From assembly GCA_010015805.1 (NCBI GenBank), contig ML978125.1, positions 806,001 to 870,000 on the forward strand: a DNA stretch of 64,000 nucleotides. Direction: 5' to 3'. The DNA comes from Rhizodiscina lignyota. Its lineage: Eukaryota. Every line of letters starts with the position of its first letter. Positions within the stretch are counted from its first letter, which is position 1. The position numbers were made by a program, and so were the translations under genes. Below the pieces are notes generated by a model. The model was not told the DNA's origin. It saw only the letters and a list, made by a program, of their open reading frames with translations, and did no database searches. Below, piece after piece: positions 1 through 13,549 of the stretch.

Positions 1-35
1 CCTTCCAGGTGACAAAATAGTTGGTTGCCCGGCAC

Positions 36-187
36 GGTGTAACGCAAAGAGATCAACTCTTGCACTTCAAAGTTCAACGCAAGTAAGACTACATTTGAAG
101 TTTAGTTATACGTTCTTTGGAGTATATATAGCTATAGTGTAGCGTTGAAAAACTCGTATACTTAATCAGTTGTGGTGGCCATACAGC
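36..187. repeat. Solo copy of a ~165-bp dispersed repeat (same family as the array at 45762-46242)
   Basis: GATCAACTCTTGCACTTCAA at 51-70 is identical to 45784-45803. Positions 98-123 match 46152-46177 at 24 of 26 bases. Confidence 0.8.
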
Positions 188-651
188 ATATCTGTTCAGC
201 GTACTGAAAGCTGGCCTCGAGCTGTCTGTCATCCCCGACCGAGCCTTTGTTAATTTCAAGGGAGCAAGTGCTGCAGGTGCTGAGGCGTGTAACCTCACAG
301 AGAGACTGAACAATATTTATAAAATATCAACCTTCATTCGACAGCTTTTAGAATATCACAGTGAGGCTAAGCGGCGCATGACGAGTCGCAGAATTTGAAG
401 TTAGCAAGCTCGCATTTAAGAGCTATCGACTTTATAATACATCCTTTCCAGCGAGGCAAAAAGCCTCGAAATTCTCGCAGCGTATCGTGTCGCGCGGTAC
501 CAGAGTCAGACCTCCCGCGTCCGGTGCGGATGTTTCCAGTAGCACCGTGCCGATGCCATCGATTCTGAGCGCCATTACGCCAATACCCTCAGTTATGCAA
601 GACAAAAGAAAATCAAGTGCTATCCCAAAACAAAGCGCTACCCCGCATGTC

Positions 652-3600
652 CTACTCGTTACTCGTGCTCGTTTCGCGGTTACCCTGACCCTCTAAGATC
701 CGGTTCAGCTCCATCAGCCGCACCGGCTTGGTAAGAAAAACGTCAATGCCGCTCGTGAATGCCTCATGCTTCGCTTCGTCGCTCGCGAGGCCCGTCAACG
801 CTACAATCTTTGCGCATGTGTGCTTCTGTTCGCCGCTCGTCGCGTGCTCCGGTGTCGGCACCTTCACAGCGCTGCCCAAGCCAACGACTTCTGCGCCTGC
901 CGTTGTATGAGCCGTCTCCTTTGCGTCGACCTTCGCTTCGGCGACTTCCTTCTCGTGTGCGCGGATCAGTCTGGTGGCGGTGAGTCCGTCCATGACAGGC
1001 ATTGTGATGTCCATGAGGACAAAGTCGAATGCGGTTGACGATGATTTGAAGGCGTTGACGGCCTCAAGGCCGTTTTGAGCGGTCTCGTAGGTGTGGCCTT
1101 TCTTCTTCAAGAAAGTCACGAGAAGCTGTGCAATGTGAGCAATGATCATTCTAAACAGAGCGGTGTAAGGGAAGAATAGGCGTCCATACCGAAAGATTTA
1201 CGTAATTGTCATCGACCATCAGCACGTTCAACTTCTTTCCGGTCGTCTTCCGCAAGTGCTTCTCAATAGGCTTCTTCTGCATGGGAGAACCGGTAGAGAC
1301 CGAGCCAAGCGACTGAGACAAACTCGATCCAGGAGGCACCAGTGGTGCAGACAGGTTAACATTCTCTTTCAGATCTGCCGCTGTTTCCGCTGCCAGTGGC
1401 CTCATGGAGTTCGGTGTGAGCATTGGCACGGATGGAATTTTAACATGCGCCATTTTCGTGTCCGGATTGATGCTCATCGAATCCATCTCGTTCACAAGTG
1501 CCCGCTCGATAGGCGGGCTTGGGGTAGTGGCTGGAGTAGAAAGGCAAGTCTGGAGCGCTTTCGCGAGCTTCCGGGGGCCACATGGCAGCTTGACGCACTC
1601 CGCTGGCTTCCTCCAACTCTTCTTGGAAGATGTGCATTTCGAGCTCACAAGCGCCGAATGAGGGCACAATACCAGCAGTGGTGATCCATAAGGAACGTGG
1701 CCGGCCGCGACTGCGCCTTCAGTGGCGATATACACATCCGCTGCCTTGCCTGGTCCTTGCACCTCAAGACCACACCACGTCTGGCATGCCTTGCTGAGTG
1801 AAGCCTGCAATAGGCCATCGGGTGGGAGTGCGAGATCTTTCTGCTCATCGAAGCCAACAAAAGCAACCGTCTTGGCTCTCGATTGGGATGCGAGTGGGTT
1901 TGGCAGCACTGCCTTTCCATTGTCGAGACTCTTCTCCAAATCGACCAAGACGGAAAACTCTGATCCGCAGCCCTTTTCGCTTCTCACATCGATGCGTCCA
2001 CCCATGGAACCGACAATCTGTTTGATGATGCTCAGGCCAAGTCCTGTGCCGGGACTGAGTGGGTCCTCCTGTGCGAATGGATGGAACAAGTGATCTCGCA
2101 AGTAGCTAGGCGACATTCCTCTGCCGGAGTCCGTAACCGTAAGGACAACTTGCATACTCTTCCTGCCCGTTACTGCATCGTTATCGACCGAAGGGGGAAA
2201 GCATTCGAGCTTCACTTTAATGAATCCGCTATCGGTGTACTTCAACGAATTGCCGAACAGGTTCATGAGGATGCGCCTCCAAGCACCAGGTTGAGTTCGG
2301 AAGTTCCAGCCATTTTCCGGGTTCTGAATCTCCACGATCACCTTTACGGGTTCATCATCATCAATAGCGTCGCTGGGTGTACTGTGCTCGGCAGCCGTCT
2401 CGCCTGCAGCGAATGGGTTGATGACTGCACTGGGTTGCAAAGGCGCCGTTCCCATCACGCTAGTCGCTCTTGGCCTAGAAATTGTTCCATCGCGCAGCTG
2501 TGTCGTCTCGTGCAGGTCGAGTGGGCTCTTGGAGCTTTTGCGGAACTGGAATCCTGCATACACGGTCTCTACGACCTCTTCAGTGAGAGTTGCAAGATCA
2601 ACGTCTTGATTCCGGATGTCTGAGTCTTTCGCGCTCGAGTCATATCCGGAAGGCGTAGCCTCAGACTGCGCTCTGCGCAAATCGAGCTTGGAGTCAGGCC
2701 CACCAATTCTTTGGGTTGCGTGCTTTGTTACATTGTTGATCTTGGCGAAATCCAGAACGTGGTTGATTGTATCGAGGAGCGTCCTTCCGCACGTCTCGAT
2801 GGTGCCTGCTAACTCGCGATGCCAGGGATTCATAACGATCTCTTCGGTCTCATCGCCAAGCATCAGCTCCACACACCCGAGGATACCATGTAACGGTGAT
2901 CGAAGCTCATGCGACACGCCAGAGATAAAGTCCGCCTTTGCGCGGTCTCGGCGCGCAGCGTCACACCTCGCAACTTCTGCCATGACAGAGTTTCCAAACG
3001 CGGCAAGATAAGCGAGCTCTTCACTCTCCCGGAAGACACGACGCTGGTCACATGTCCAGATGAACGCAGCAGCGAATGGACGGCCATTCGTGTGATCGAA
3101 GACGTATAAAGGAAGCATGACAAGCGATCGGGCCCTGGGGAGCAGCGTTGAGAGCTTGTGGACGTCGACATCGAGCTGAGAGGGCTGCTCCGATCCGGCT
3201 GAAACAGGCGATGAACGAGGAGAAGGATCGAAGTCGAATATCCTGCCGCGTGGATAACGCTGCAACAGTCCCTTTAAGCACTGTTCAGTCATTTTCCCAT
3301 CGTTTGACCAGCCTGTCGCTTGCTCTGAGAGCGAATATCCCAGCACTCCGCATGGCTTGTCGCCAGCCGTTGAAATCGTGCTTTGCCTTCTTGCTGCCTT
3401 TGTCGCATCTGAGTCTTCCACCAAGCCTCCAAATGTAGTGATGCTGCCATCGAGGAAGAGTGCACCATCGACTTCCGTCGACTCTCTCATGACACGTGCC
3501 GCTCGCCGGAAGACGGATGTGATATCGCTTGCACTGCTGTAGTCATTTTTGAAGCTCTTTGATGGCCGTAGCGATGGGGTGACAGTCACCGAGCTTGAAC

Positions 3601-4709
3601 TGGACGTTGATTGTGAGGATAGCGGTAAATCCACAGGCGGTTCCGAATCCGGTGTCGTCACTTTGCTTGTCATGCTCGACTGTGCAGAAGAGCCAGAGTA
3701 CGACAAGCCTGAGCTTTTGATGCTTGCGTCTGAGCTCGTCACCGCCGAAGACAGCGGCCTCGTAGATCCAAATCCCGCTCCAAATCCAGGATCGATTTCT
3801 CCCTCATAGCCGTCTGGGGTGTCCCCGCGGCCTTCTACAAATGCTCCTAGACCTCTAACCATCTTCCCCCATCTCCTCGAGTATTCTTCTTCCTTCACCA
3901 TCTCCATATGCCGCATCACTGTGACCGCCAACTCCTTCATAAACGCCATCTGCTCGTCTGTAATGCCCTCCGGTCTCGGCGTTCCATCCAGGACGCAGAA
4001 TGCCCCAATGTTGTGCCCTGCAGGACTGCGAATCGGCACCCCAGCGTAGAACCTCGCATGTGGCGCATCTGTTACATATGGCTGGCGGTTAAACCTCTCG
4101 TCCAGAGACAAATCGGGGATTACCAGTGCGGTAATATCTGTGGGATCTGCACCACCGGTGTGCGGATCTGGTGAGGCATAGACAGTCGGAAGTTGCACTG
4201 TCGTCTCGCACACCCACAGGCCTTTGCCTGTGATCTGACTGCCCCAACATAGTCCGTTCTCAGCTCCTGCAGAGGCCGCAGGGGCGGACGTGATATAAAC
4301 GCCGGGAGTGCTTTCAGCGAGGACATAGGCGCGGGTGCGAGAGAAGAAGGTTATGAGGCAGCGAGCCGCATTGAGCTTGAGGGCACCAAGTTGTGCAAAC
4401 GCGGTGAGAGTCGGATCTTGCGAGAAATGGAGTGGTTCATCGGAGGCTGTCGAGTCGGAAGTTGAGGGATTCGTGGAGAGAGGGAATGGGTGAGAGGACG
4501 AAGTGTGCAGGTACGGAGGGACGATGGGGGTTGCTGGAGTGGTCGGATGGTAGTATCTGCGGAGTAGAAGACAACTTAAAATGCTTGTATCGTTCTCGTG
4601 CGAATGCGTGGGCGGCGTCTGCTACGCCAGGAGCGCGCACATACCTGTAAAACTCCCTCTCCCTCTCGCGCTCGGTGATTTTCACCGTGCCTGGCGCATG
4701 CCGCCTCAT
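652..4709 (-). CDS. Hybrid sensor histidine kinase (GAF-HisKA-HATPase-degenerate REC-REC)
   Basis: ATG at 4709; introns 4644-4557 and 1189-1126. N-terminal EREREFYR and DPTLTAFAQLGALKL; GAF RFYAGVPI; H-box SHELRSPLHGI; N-box NLFGNSLKYT; G-boxes DSGRGM and GTGLGL; receiver VLMDITMPVMDG...FLTKP. Confidence 0.93.
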
Positions 4710-5564
4710 GGCGTGACTTTGTCGCTCTCAGCCGTGTCGCGTCGCCTCAGGCGTTCGTATTGGGCAGTATCGCGTCGCTCTCGACAGGTGGTCTTGGGAG
4801 ATCGTATGCGCGGAGGTGTTTCCGGGCAGAATTGTTTATGCAGCAAGACGTCACGGCCTCGGGCGAAAGCCTGCCTTCCCTGTCCTGCACGTTGCGCGAG
4901 AGCAAGAGCAAGGTCCAGGGCAAGGCAAGATCTGCTGTTCACCACCAACGCGTGCAGCCTCAATCGTTGCGTGAGCGATGAGCGATGAGCGATAAGAGAG
5001 AAGAAGGTCCGACCCGCGAGGAGAGAAGAGGACTAGCGCGTGTGGAGTGTCAAGAGCCGCAACTCGTGCTTTCTCGAGTGAATTGAAGGGTCTGCGAGCG
5101 CGGGATTAGTACGCGCCACGCCCAGCCAATGACGTAGGCCCATCCCTGCCCACGCCGGCCGGCGCCATCGGAACTTCAGGGACATCGGACATCCAGGTGG
5201 CCCTGCAATTATTCTGAAGACGCTGGGTGGACGGCGAAAGCTGTGGGAAAAGAGTCTTCCTCAACTTCGCTTCGCGCTCCACGGATGAGATTCACGGAGA
5301 ACATGTAGAGTGTGATATCATCGGCTCACACTGACACCCCAGGGACCCTTGGAGCAGTTGGAGTCAATTACCACAGGAATCGTACGGCCACAAACAAGAT
5401 GGATTTGTTCCCGTCTGTATGAATACAAGAGCAATTAGAGCGCCAACTTGTTGTGCTAACATACTGTCCCATTTCGGATATCGAGACATAAATGAAGTTT
5501 TTCCAACTGCCCACATCCTCATCACCACTCTAGCTCCAGCCCAACAGCTCTCCTCTCACTATGC

Positions 5565-7764
5565 TCAGTACTCCAGAGTCACCTTCTGCCCCTTCACTCT
5601 CCCGATCACAATACCCGGCGCATACTTTGGAATAACCTCGTCGTCGTGTAGCATCTCGAACTCCTCGCTGGCGTCCTTACCCATGTGGCTGTACAGTGCT
5701 TGAGGACCGCCTGCATGAAATCAGATAAGTGTTCTGCAAAGCAACAGTTGGAGAGATGGCAGACGACTTACCAGGATGCTCATCAACCCAGTCCGTCATG
5801 TCCAAAACAACACCTTTCACCGCAATCCATAGGTCATCCTTCTTGTTATGCTTGGCAACCTCCTCAAGCGTGTACTCCTTCTCCGGGACCTCGAACTTCT
5901 TGACCTCGCCCGGCTTGCTGACCTGTCCAGGGTCCTTGGCATCTGAACCCGCCTTTCCTACCACCGGTGCTGTACTTGCTTGAGACTGCTGCTGCGGCCT
6001 TGACGAAGAGCCCGAAGAGCTGCCAGAACCCCACTCGACTGATACCTTTCCAGGCTGCGAGGGGTCGATGTGAAGAGAGATTTGGCCAAGGCGCTGGGCA
6101 GCACTTGAAGCGCCACCAGAGAGAAGTTGCTGGAAGAGGTATTTCGATGCAGATTCACCGGCTACACGGCCGTAGACGACACAGCCCAGCAGCGACGAAC
6201 CACCAAGGCGGTTAGCGCCGTGCACACCACCAGCAAGCTCACCACATACGAAGAGACCATCGAAGGGCTTGCGGCTCTGTGCGTTCATGACCTGAGCCTG
6301 GTCATTGATCTCGATACCGCCCATAGTGAAATGCAATACAGGCTCCATTTCCGCAACGTGGAAGGTGTCGTTGATGTCGAAGGGGAGGTTGTGGAAGTAC
6401 TTCTTGCCCCAAGGATCCTTCTTTTTGCCGTCACCGATAGCGTTGTACTCCTGGAACGACTGTTGGAGCGCTTTATCTCCACACCCGATGGTCTTGGCGA
6501 GCTCAGCGCCTGACATCTTCTTCATCAGCCCACGACCACTGTAATGCCTAGTGTGGAAATCGAGGACGTTCGAAGCCTTGGAGTTGAGTACTAGCCGGAT
6601 AGGCCAGTTTCCCTTCTCCTTCTCCTCCCACATCTTGCCTGATACGTAGTCACGGTGACCGAGGTCGTCGCAGAAGCGCTGGCCCTTGGAGTTGAGCAAA
6701 ATACCGCCCTCGCCACGCAGAGCTTCTGCGGCAAGGAACTTCCACTTTGAACCAGGATCCTTTGGATCAACGAGACCAGTCGGATGGACCTGGACTTTGT
6801 CCATATCAATTGGGTTGGCGCCAATCGACATGAGCATCTTGTGGCCATCACCAGTGGCGTGTGCGCCGTTCGTCGTGGCTAAGCCAAAAGTATCTGGCCT
6901 GTGCTTCTTCAGGAGAGAGTCGTCCGTGAAATCTGCGGCATAACCACCAGTCGCAAGTACAACGGGGCCGTCAACAGTCGTCTCCTCGCCATTGAAAGTG
7001 TATGTGACGCCCGTTGCCTGGTTGCTCTCTGTGTTGACCTTGACCACCTTTGCCTTCTTGATGAGTTGTACTCGCTCCGGCTCGGCCTCCGCAAGCTCCT
7101 CGAACCGCTGCATCAGAGCATATGTAATAGCCATACCGGGGAACTTTGCGTCATGACCACGATGCGTGCGGGGTTGGGAGTGACCACTATTAGAAATTGT
7201 CAGCCTTCTTATTGCTCTGGAGCACTTGGAATGTCAATGGACATAATGCACATACCCTAACCGTGAAACGAGAGTAAGATCCAAATTGAACACATCCTGT
7301 AGCCATTCCACTGCTGCTGCAGACTTGTATGTCAACACCTTGATCAGATCCGGCCTCGCCTGTTCGCGCGCGGACTTGAGTGTGTCGTCGTAGAATTGCT
7401 TGACGCTGTCGGCGATTTTGAGGTCGACTTGCGTTCGTGTGAGAGCACCGTTGATACCGGACGTCGCTTTCGTTGAATTGCCTCCCATGAAGTCTGTTGT
7501 AGTTCCATTGTTCAGCTATACCGCAAACAAAGCTGGGGACGGACAGCTCGGTCACTATGCGTCGAGGGATTTGGGAGCAAGCGAGAAAGACGTACTGTTC
7601 TTGTCAAGTAGAAGAACATTTCCGCCGGCCAAATAGATCGTATGAGCGGCCGAGAGACCAGACACTGGGATCTGTTAGATGCGCATTCCGTCATAGACCA
7701 AAGCAGTCGGAAAGGTAAACGTACAACCAGCCCCGACTACAATGACTTTCTGAGTCTCTGCCAT
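5565..7764 (-). CDS. OSM1: Soluble FAD-dependent fumarate reductase (flavocytochrome c family) with C-terminal cytochrome b5 domain
   Basis: Multi-exon. VIVVGAG FAD motif, GGNSTKATSGING, QVHPTG, EALRGEGG, HFTMGG, GVHGANRLGGSSL; b5 domain EEVAKHN...HPGG (spliced)...FEMLH; TGA at 5565-5567. Confidence 0.9.
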
Positions 7765-9722
7765 CTTGAAACGATGCTCAAATAGGAGAAGAGAGGGAAG
7801 TGAGGGTCGTAGGCGAGAGTCTGGGAAAGGTGGAGTGAGGTGAAAGGACTTGAAGGGCTCGCGACTCTTTTAGATGGTAGGATGTCGGTGCTGCCGCAAA
7901 TGCCTCGGCTCAAAGGACACCGGCCAATCAGTCAACAACTTTCCACGCAGTAAGACGTCGAAAGCCTCCTGAATTTTAGGTACCGCGGTTTTCCGTGCGA
8001 AGGAGAATTGGTACCGATTCGGGTGTCCTCGTGAGGGTTTAAAGGCCCGTGAGACACGAGGCGGAGCATGTGAAAGACCTCTCTGCGCGGATTGCCACGA
8101 CGAGCAACGGCCGCTTTCCCCGCGTGACGTTTCTGGAAGTCGAGGCCGCTGCCGATTGTGTAATTCGTGAATCAATGACGGCAATGACTTTTTCGTGCGG
8201 TCAGCCGATCTTCTGTATCCGTGATTCGCGGGTTCGACCTCAGCTCCCCATCTTCCCCTTGCAGCCTCATTCGACGCGTGGCATGTGAAAGACAGATGCT
8301 TTTTCATCCTCTTCTGAATGACTCTGGCCTCATTGCAATGCTTCTCTATTCACCGTTTGGAACGAATTCCGCTCTCAACGGAGCGGATAAAGGCGGATAA
8401 GGAGGAGGACACTGGAACCTTTGTCGATACCTCCATGCATACTGGAACGCGGAGAGCTGTCCGTCATTTAAGGTCATGTCATTTCTCTGCTCTACCCCAT
8501 ACATAGTGACCCCACGAACAACTATCAGCTGGCACTACTGATGGTTCAGATCAGTGCCGGTAGTAATGTGGCACAAGAGACAATGGAAATGTATCACACC
8601 AAGCGAGTTGAATGGTTTGATAATTGTCTTGAAAAGTGTAGAAGAACATTCAGCAGCAATTTCGAACGCCTATACCTCATCGATACGTGCCAGCAAACGT
8701 CCTTTCGGGCACGTGCGAAGTCTTTCGTGATCATCTCTGGAGTCATCAAGACATGATCCTGCAAGTATTGACGAATGCATGAAGACCAGCAAGTCCATCA
8801 TATAAACATTCAGAGTTGGCCATGCTCCGCAGAAAGCGTCCTTATTAGGAACATTTTGAGAGCTATAAGCACTTCGTTGCTGACATGATAGTGGAGGAAG
8901 CAGGTTCCGATGCCAAAAAGTTGGCCACAGCCTTCAAGACATCGAGCGACAAAAGTACATACATATACATTCCGAAGAACATACAATTACGCTTTCAGCG
9001 ATGGTCTCACCTACTTTGAAGAAGCAGAGCTGCTCGGCCATATCGAGGCGTTACAGACGCCTTCCTCCGCTAACGTAGGGATTCCGCTTCCTTTCTACGC
9101 CATTATGGGATAGAGTGGTGCATGGCAACTCCTCCACTATGTCCTCTGTGCGCTGGACAAGGAATAGCATGCACAACAATTTTATTCCGTGAATATTAGC
9201 GGCCCACCAGGCCGCTGAACATTGGATGCGAAGAAGCTAGTCGTTGGATGGCGGGAGGCGGCCCGCCTCCATTTCTGGCTAACCTTTCTCTCGAACATCG
9301 ATGGGTTAGAAAAGTTCTGCCACCAAACCCTGACACCTTCGAAGCCGTATTACCCGTCGACGACTCAGCAGCGGTATGTTCGCCTGAATCTAGCAGTCAT
9401 TCCCGAAAGGATGTATAAGCTCCATTCTGGAGTTCCAGCGGCAGGAGAGGTTAATCACAAGGTCCGCCAGAACATCCCCGGACGTGCATGTGGATTTGAA
9501 TGGGACCATTGCTTCGCGAGAAGATTAGCAACGAATGCATGGCGGTACGAGAATTAATGAATGTAGCACAGATCATTTAAGAAGTCGGCCTGGCTTTAGT
9601 AGCTAAGACACCTAAGAAGAAACTCTATTCATATCATCAACCTTGTCTCCGCGGATTCAATACTCTCGCTCACTACCATTACTGCTCTGAAGAGACTAGC
9701 CTGCACTACCTAGTTGCCCAAC

Positions 9723-11191
9723 ATGTTTAGTCGTACCCTCTTGGAGAGGCTCGAAGAACTCTGCAACATCGATGTTGACGACGTCGACACGGAACTCATC
9801 AGATCCCTCCTGATCAAACCGCACAATCGTCTGTAGGATGCTGCAAGCTTTCTTGGGGCCAATAAGTTGGATTCAAGCTACTAATGTGCCTCTTGCAGAA
9901 ACTTCAAACCAAGCCGTCATTGCGAACGCATTGTTCGAGTCTCAAAATGAAACGCTATTGGCTGACATGGTCGAGAAATATGGCAAGGAGGGCTGGGAAA
10001 AGGTATTTGACAATGCGGTGAGCACCATATCGTCTACCTAGCTCTTATGCTGTTCTTGTATTCTGATTTGGCATGTTCTTCGTCCTCAGACCGTACAGAT
10101 GTGCGCTCGAAATGTCCCCTATCTGTCAGGGCACGTGCTTGTTCAAACCTCTCCTCGCCACATCAACGACCGTACAGCAATCATCGACCAGTGCTACTCA
10201 TTTGCGAAAGCGTTTGACGAAGCCGGGGTCCCGAAAGACCGTTTTGCTATTAAGTTGCCCTTCACTGGATCCGCTGCTTCTGCTGCAGTTCAACTGAATA
10301 CCGAGGGCATCCGCACCCTCGCTACAGCAGTATTCGGACTCGAGCAAGCCCTCGCTGCAAGTCAATCAAAATGTTTGTTTATAAGCCCATATTACAACGG
10401 TGAGTCGGACATGGAAACGATGTGCGATGTGAGGGAATGGAAATTATTGGTATTCTAATCTCGACTGTAGAAATTGCGGCGTATGAGGACGTATCACTTC
10501 GCATTAACAACCCAGATCCAGCTATGAATGTAAGCCAACTACGAGCATGGGTGAAATACAGAAAGTGACCATCACGCCAGCATCCCATGTCCGCGCGGAT
10601 TATTCACATGTTAGAGGCATTCGCAAAAGAATACGCCGAGACTGGCACAGAACAACCCGTGATGGTAATCGCAAGGTAACTCTTGCTGCAGTCCCTGATT
10701 GCGTTGAGACTTGAAATGGGGCAATGGTTTCTCCTTTCTCGTTATTAAATAAACGCTGGTCATTGGCTAACTACGCTATCTCCTCCAGTCATTTCGGCAT
10801 CGCCGAAATAATGGCAATGCCTGAATTGGGCTGCCATCATGTTACCATTCGCGCAGACAATCTTCGCGCTCTGATGCAGACGCCATGCACGCTTCCGACC
10901 CTGTCTGCGCGACACGCCAAGCCAAAACATCCGTATGCAGAGATTGCGACGCCGGACCGCCTAAGGTGTTTGTCGAAGCTGGATCCGCTTGCGGGGCCGA
11001 ACTGGGACGGGATATTGGCTTCCTCCAGAAAAGTAGACTACGTCGCTAATGGTGGCGAGGCTCTCGACAATGCTATCCATGAAAATCCAGTCATGAATAA
11101 GAGGTTTAAGGATGCGATGGAGCTCTTCTTGAATGCGGAAGAGAAGGCGAGGGTGGGTATTGAGAAGGCAATCGCAAAGTGCTGGGGTTGA
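9723..11191 (+). CDS. Transaldolase/fructose-6-phosphate-aldolase family protein with aldolase-type active site
   Basis: ATG 9723; introns at about 9829-9898, 10018-10089, 10400-10470, 10530-10580 and 10676-10788. Motifs DVDDVD, HNQTSNQ, GHVLVQTSP, Schiff-base IKLPFT (AAG 10252-10254), GIRTLATAVF, ISPYYNEI, MVIAS, GCHHVTI. Confidence 0.88.
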
Positions 11192-11324
11192 TCAGAGATA
11201 TTTCCGTGTTGGAACCAGATAGATTCCCACAGCAAGTATATGTATGACGTCCACGATATTCAGCCAGACGAGATATATTCTGCGACTTTCCGTATCACTC
11301 TTCGCTTTGGCTTTAAGGGAATTA

Positions 11325-13549
11325 TCAAATTTCGTGACTAGTGCGGAGCCTTTGCTTCCTGGCGAGCGTGCTGGCAATCTCCAGGGCACATTCGATGCTT
11401 GATCCTGGGATCGCCCAAGGTTTGAGCTGGTTGACAGCAAGGGCCTGGAGAGTTTCAACATCCGGAATAAATTTCTTGAGTGGATTGCATAGAGCCGCAA
11501 TCGAGAGGATTAATACACAGGTAAGGCAACTATATGATACCAAAGATTAGGTCCATGTTAGTCGGTGAGTTGATGGCATGTACCATTTTAAAAATAAAAT
11601 AAGATGCTGCGAGGAACATAGTACTGGATTACTGCTTACCACTGGGCAGTGCTATACGTATATGACGACCTCTCTGAGAGTACGTGGTCTGCCGTTTGCA
11701 GGAAGAACCGACAGCTATTCAGACATACGCTGCACATATCGAGGACGGACGGAGGAATGACGGCGGCTTGTTCGGGTGCCAGCGAAGTCACATAAATGAC
11801 AAAGGGCCGGTATATGACTTGCTTTGCGGACCAGTACCGCAAACGTAGAAGACATGCTTGTCGGCTACCGACCGGGTCTGCCGCAAGATCGGGTTTTATC
11901 ACATCCGGCAAGGAGTCATACCAGGTTTCGAGCTGGTGATTGAGTTCCGCGCAAACTCTTAAGAGCGAAACATCAGGGTTAGGAGATGGGGGCAAGGTCG
12001 AGGATATCACGCTTAAGAAGCTGCCTGTGTATATGGAAATAGTGTCCGTGAAGTAAACTGCGTGATGGACGCGATTCAGTATAGACCGGGCAGGTATTTC
12101 TGCAAGGAAAAATAGAGTTTCGGGGTTTGATGAGTTGCTGAATTTCGGGAATGGCATCTTGTCGACCAATGGCTCGATGCCACTTCTTGGTTGATGGTAC
12201 TCGGCCAGGATATCGCTACTCAGTTCAATAAGTATTTGGTGCATGATACCAACCGACACAGGAACTCACCATTCAATAAGGAAACACGCCCAGCTTATAC
12301 GGATCATGTCTTGGGCATGAGCATCATCTGGCGGAATAGCGCTGCACCTCAAGGTATGTCAACAGTTTCTGCATGAGCAAAGGAGGCGGGTCTCTCACTG
12401 AATCAAGATCTGCTGTATGCTCGTGGAGGCCATGTGGATCGATTTCCAAGCCATCAAAGGCTCCACAGCATAAGTAAAATAGAGCGCAGATAGGACGAGA
12501 GCTTGTGATAGAGTTATATCGCCGCTGAACGATACTGCCCAGTGAGAAAGTAGGATTCGGAAAGCAGCACAGATGAGTTCAGCACCAGAGAGCCTATCAG
12601 ATCTATCTGGCGAGTCCGGCGCCGTCGCTCCCAACGCTAAAACCGTCAGAATCAGTGCAGACGGGATGTCGAACTTGAATCCTCGCTGCATGATATCATG
12701 GTACTGAGCATAGAGTTCGTCTTGGTCAAATATGGGATGGAATGAGTGAACGGAGATAAAGAACCGCTCCAAATATTCATCCCCATCCTCTCGTTGGACG
12801 GACGGAAGATTAATTGGCACTGCTGTCCCTGTTGGTCCAGCCATCAGGTGCGCCGAAACTGAAGGTACTCGGCTGTCCTCAACCATAAACAGAAACTCTT
12901 TTGGGAATTCCCCAAGTAGACTTCGCATCTGCGGCAGTACTAGTAGATTGCTATTGCTTGTTTGATGGCCAAGAGGGATTGTGAGTGGGGGAAGTGCAAA
13001 GGAGTCTGCAGTCTCCGGTCCTGGTGGTTGGATCCCACTCGACCGATTGATATCCCAAGGAGTGTTGACAGACGGTGCATTTTCCTCTTGTGAACTTCTC
13101 GATAGAGCAGGAGCGGGAACGGTGTCCAACTTCGAGCCATGAGGAGGTGTGGTTGATGTTGCTATCGATTGATGTTGCTGCAAACTCTTAATCGCTGCTG
13201 AGTGATCTCTGAGGAGAGACTCAATATTTTCCAAATGATGGAGCTGGTTCTCTAGCACATCTAACCGAGTATGTCTAAATCGATTCAGAAACCAAAAGCT
13301 ATTCAAGGGTCTCGTAGTAGAGGCCATAGGGTCTACTTACCTCTCTAAAGTAGGCTCCTGATAGTTGCACTCTAGCCCTTTCCTTTCACAGGTAGTACAT
13401 GTTGGCGTTTTACTGTCACAGCGGCGTTTCCTTAACTTCGTCTGAGCCAAATCCTAGAGAATGAATTTGCGAAAGATGCGCGCTGTACGTACTTACCGCA
13501 GTCGACAGAAACTACACGCTACCGCTGCTCTTTTACTAGTCGAATCCAT
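11325..13549 (-). CDS. Zn(II)2Cys6 transcription factor with fungal-specific middle homology region
   Basis: ATG 13549; spliced CSFCRLRKRRCDSKTPTCTTCERKGLEC (C-x2-C-x6-C-x6-C-x2-C-x6-C); FFISVHSFHPIF; LRLRYWSAKQVIYRPF; several GT-AG introns. Confidence 0.9.

Noticed and set aside
8170..8250. GGTTCGAC...CCCCA resembling a tRNA T-arm
   Set aside because: No pairing acceptor, D or anticodon stems could be built.
8541..9113. Short protein-like fragments between OSM1 and the aldolase gene
   Set aside because: No coherent spliced model or recognisable motif; at most a decayed relic.
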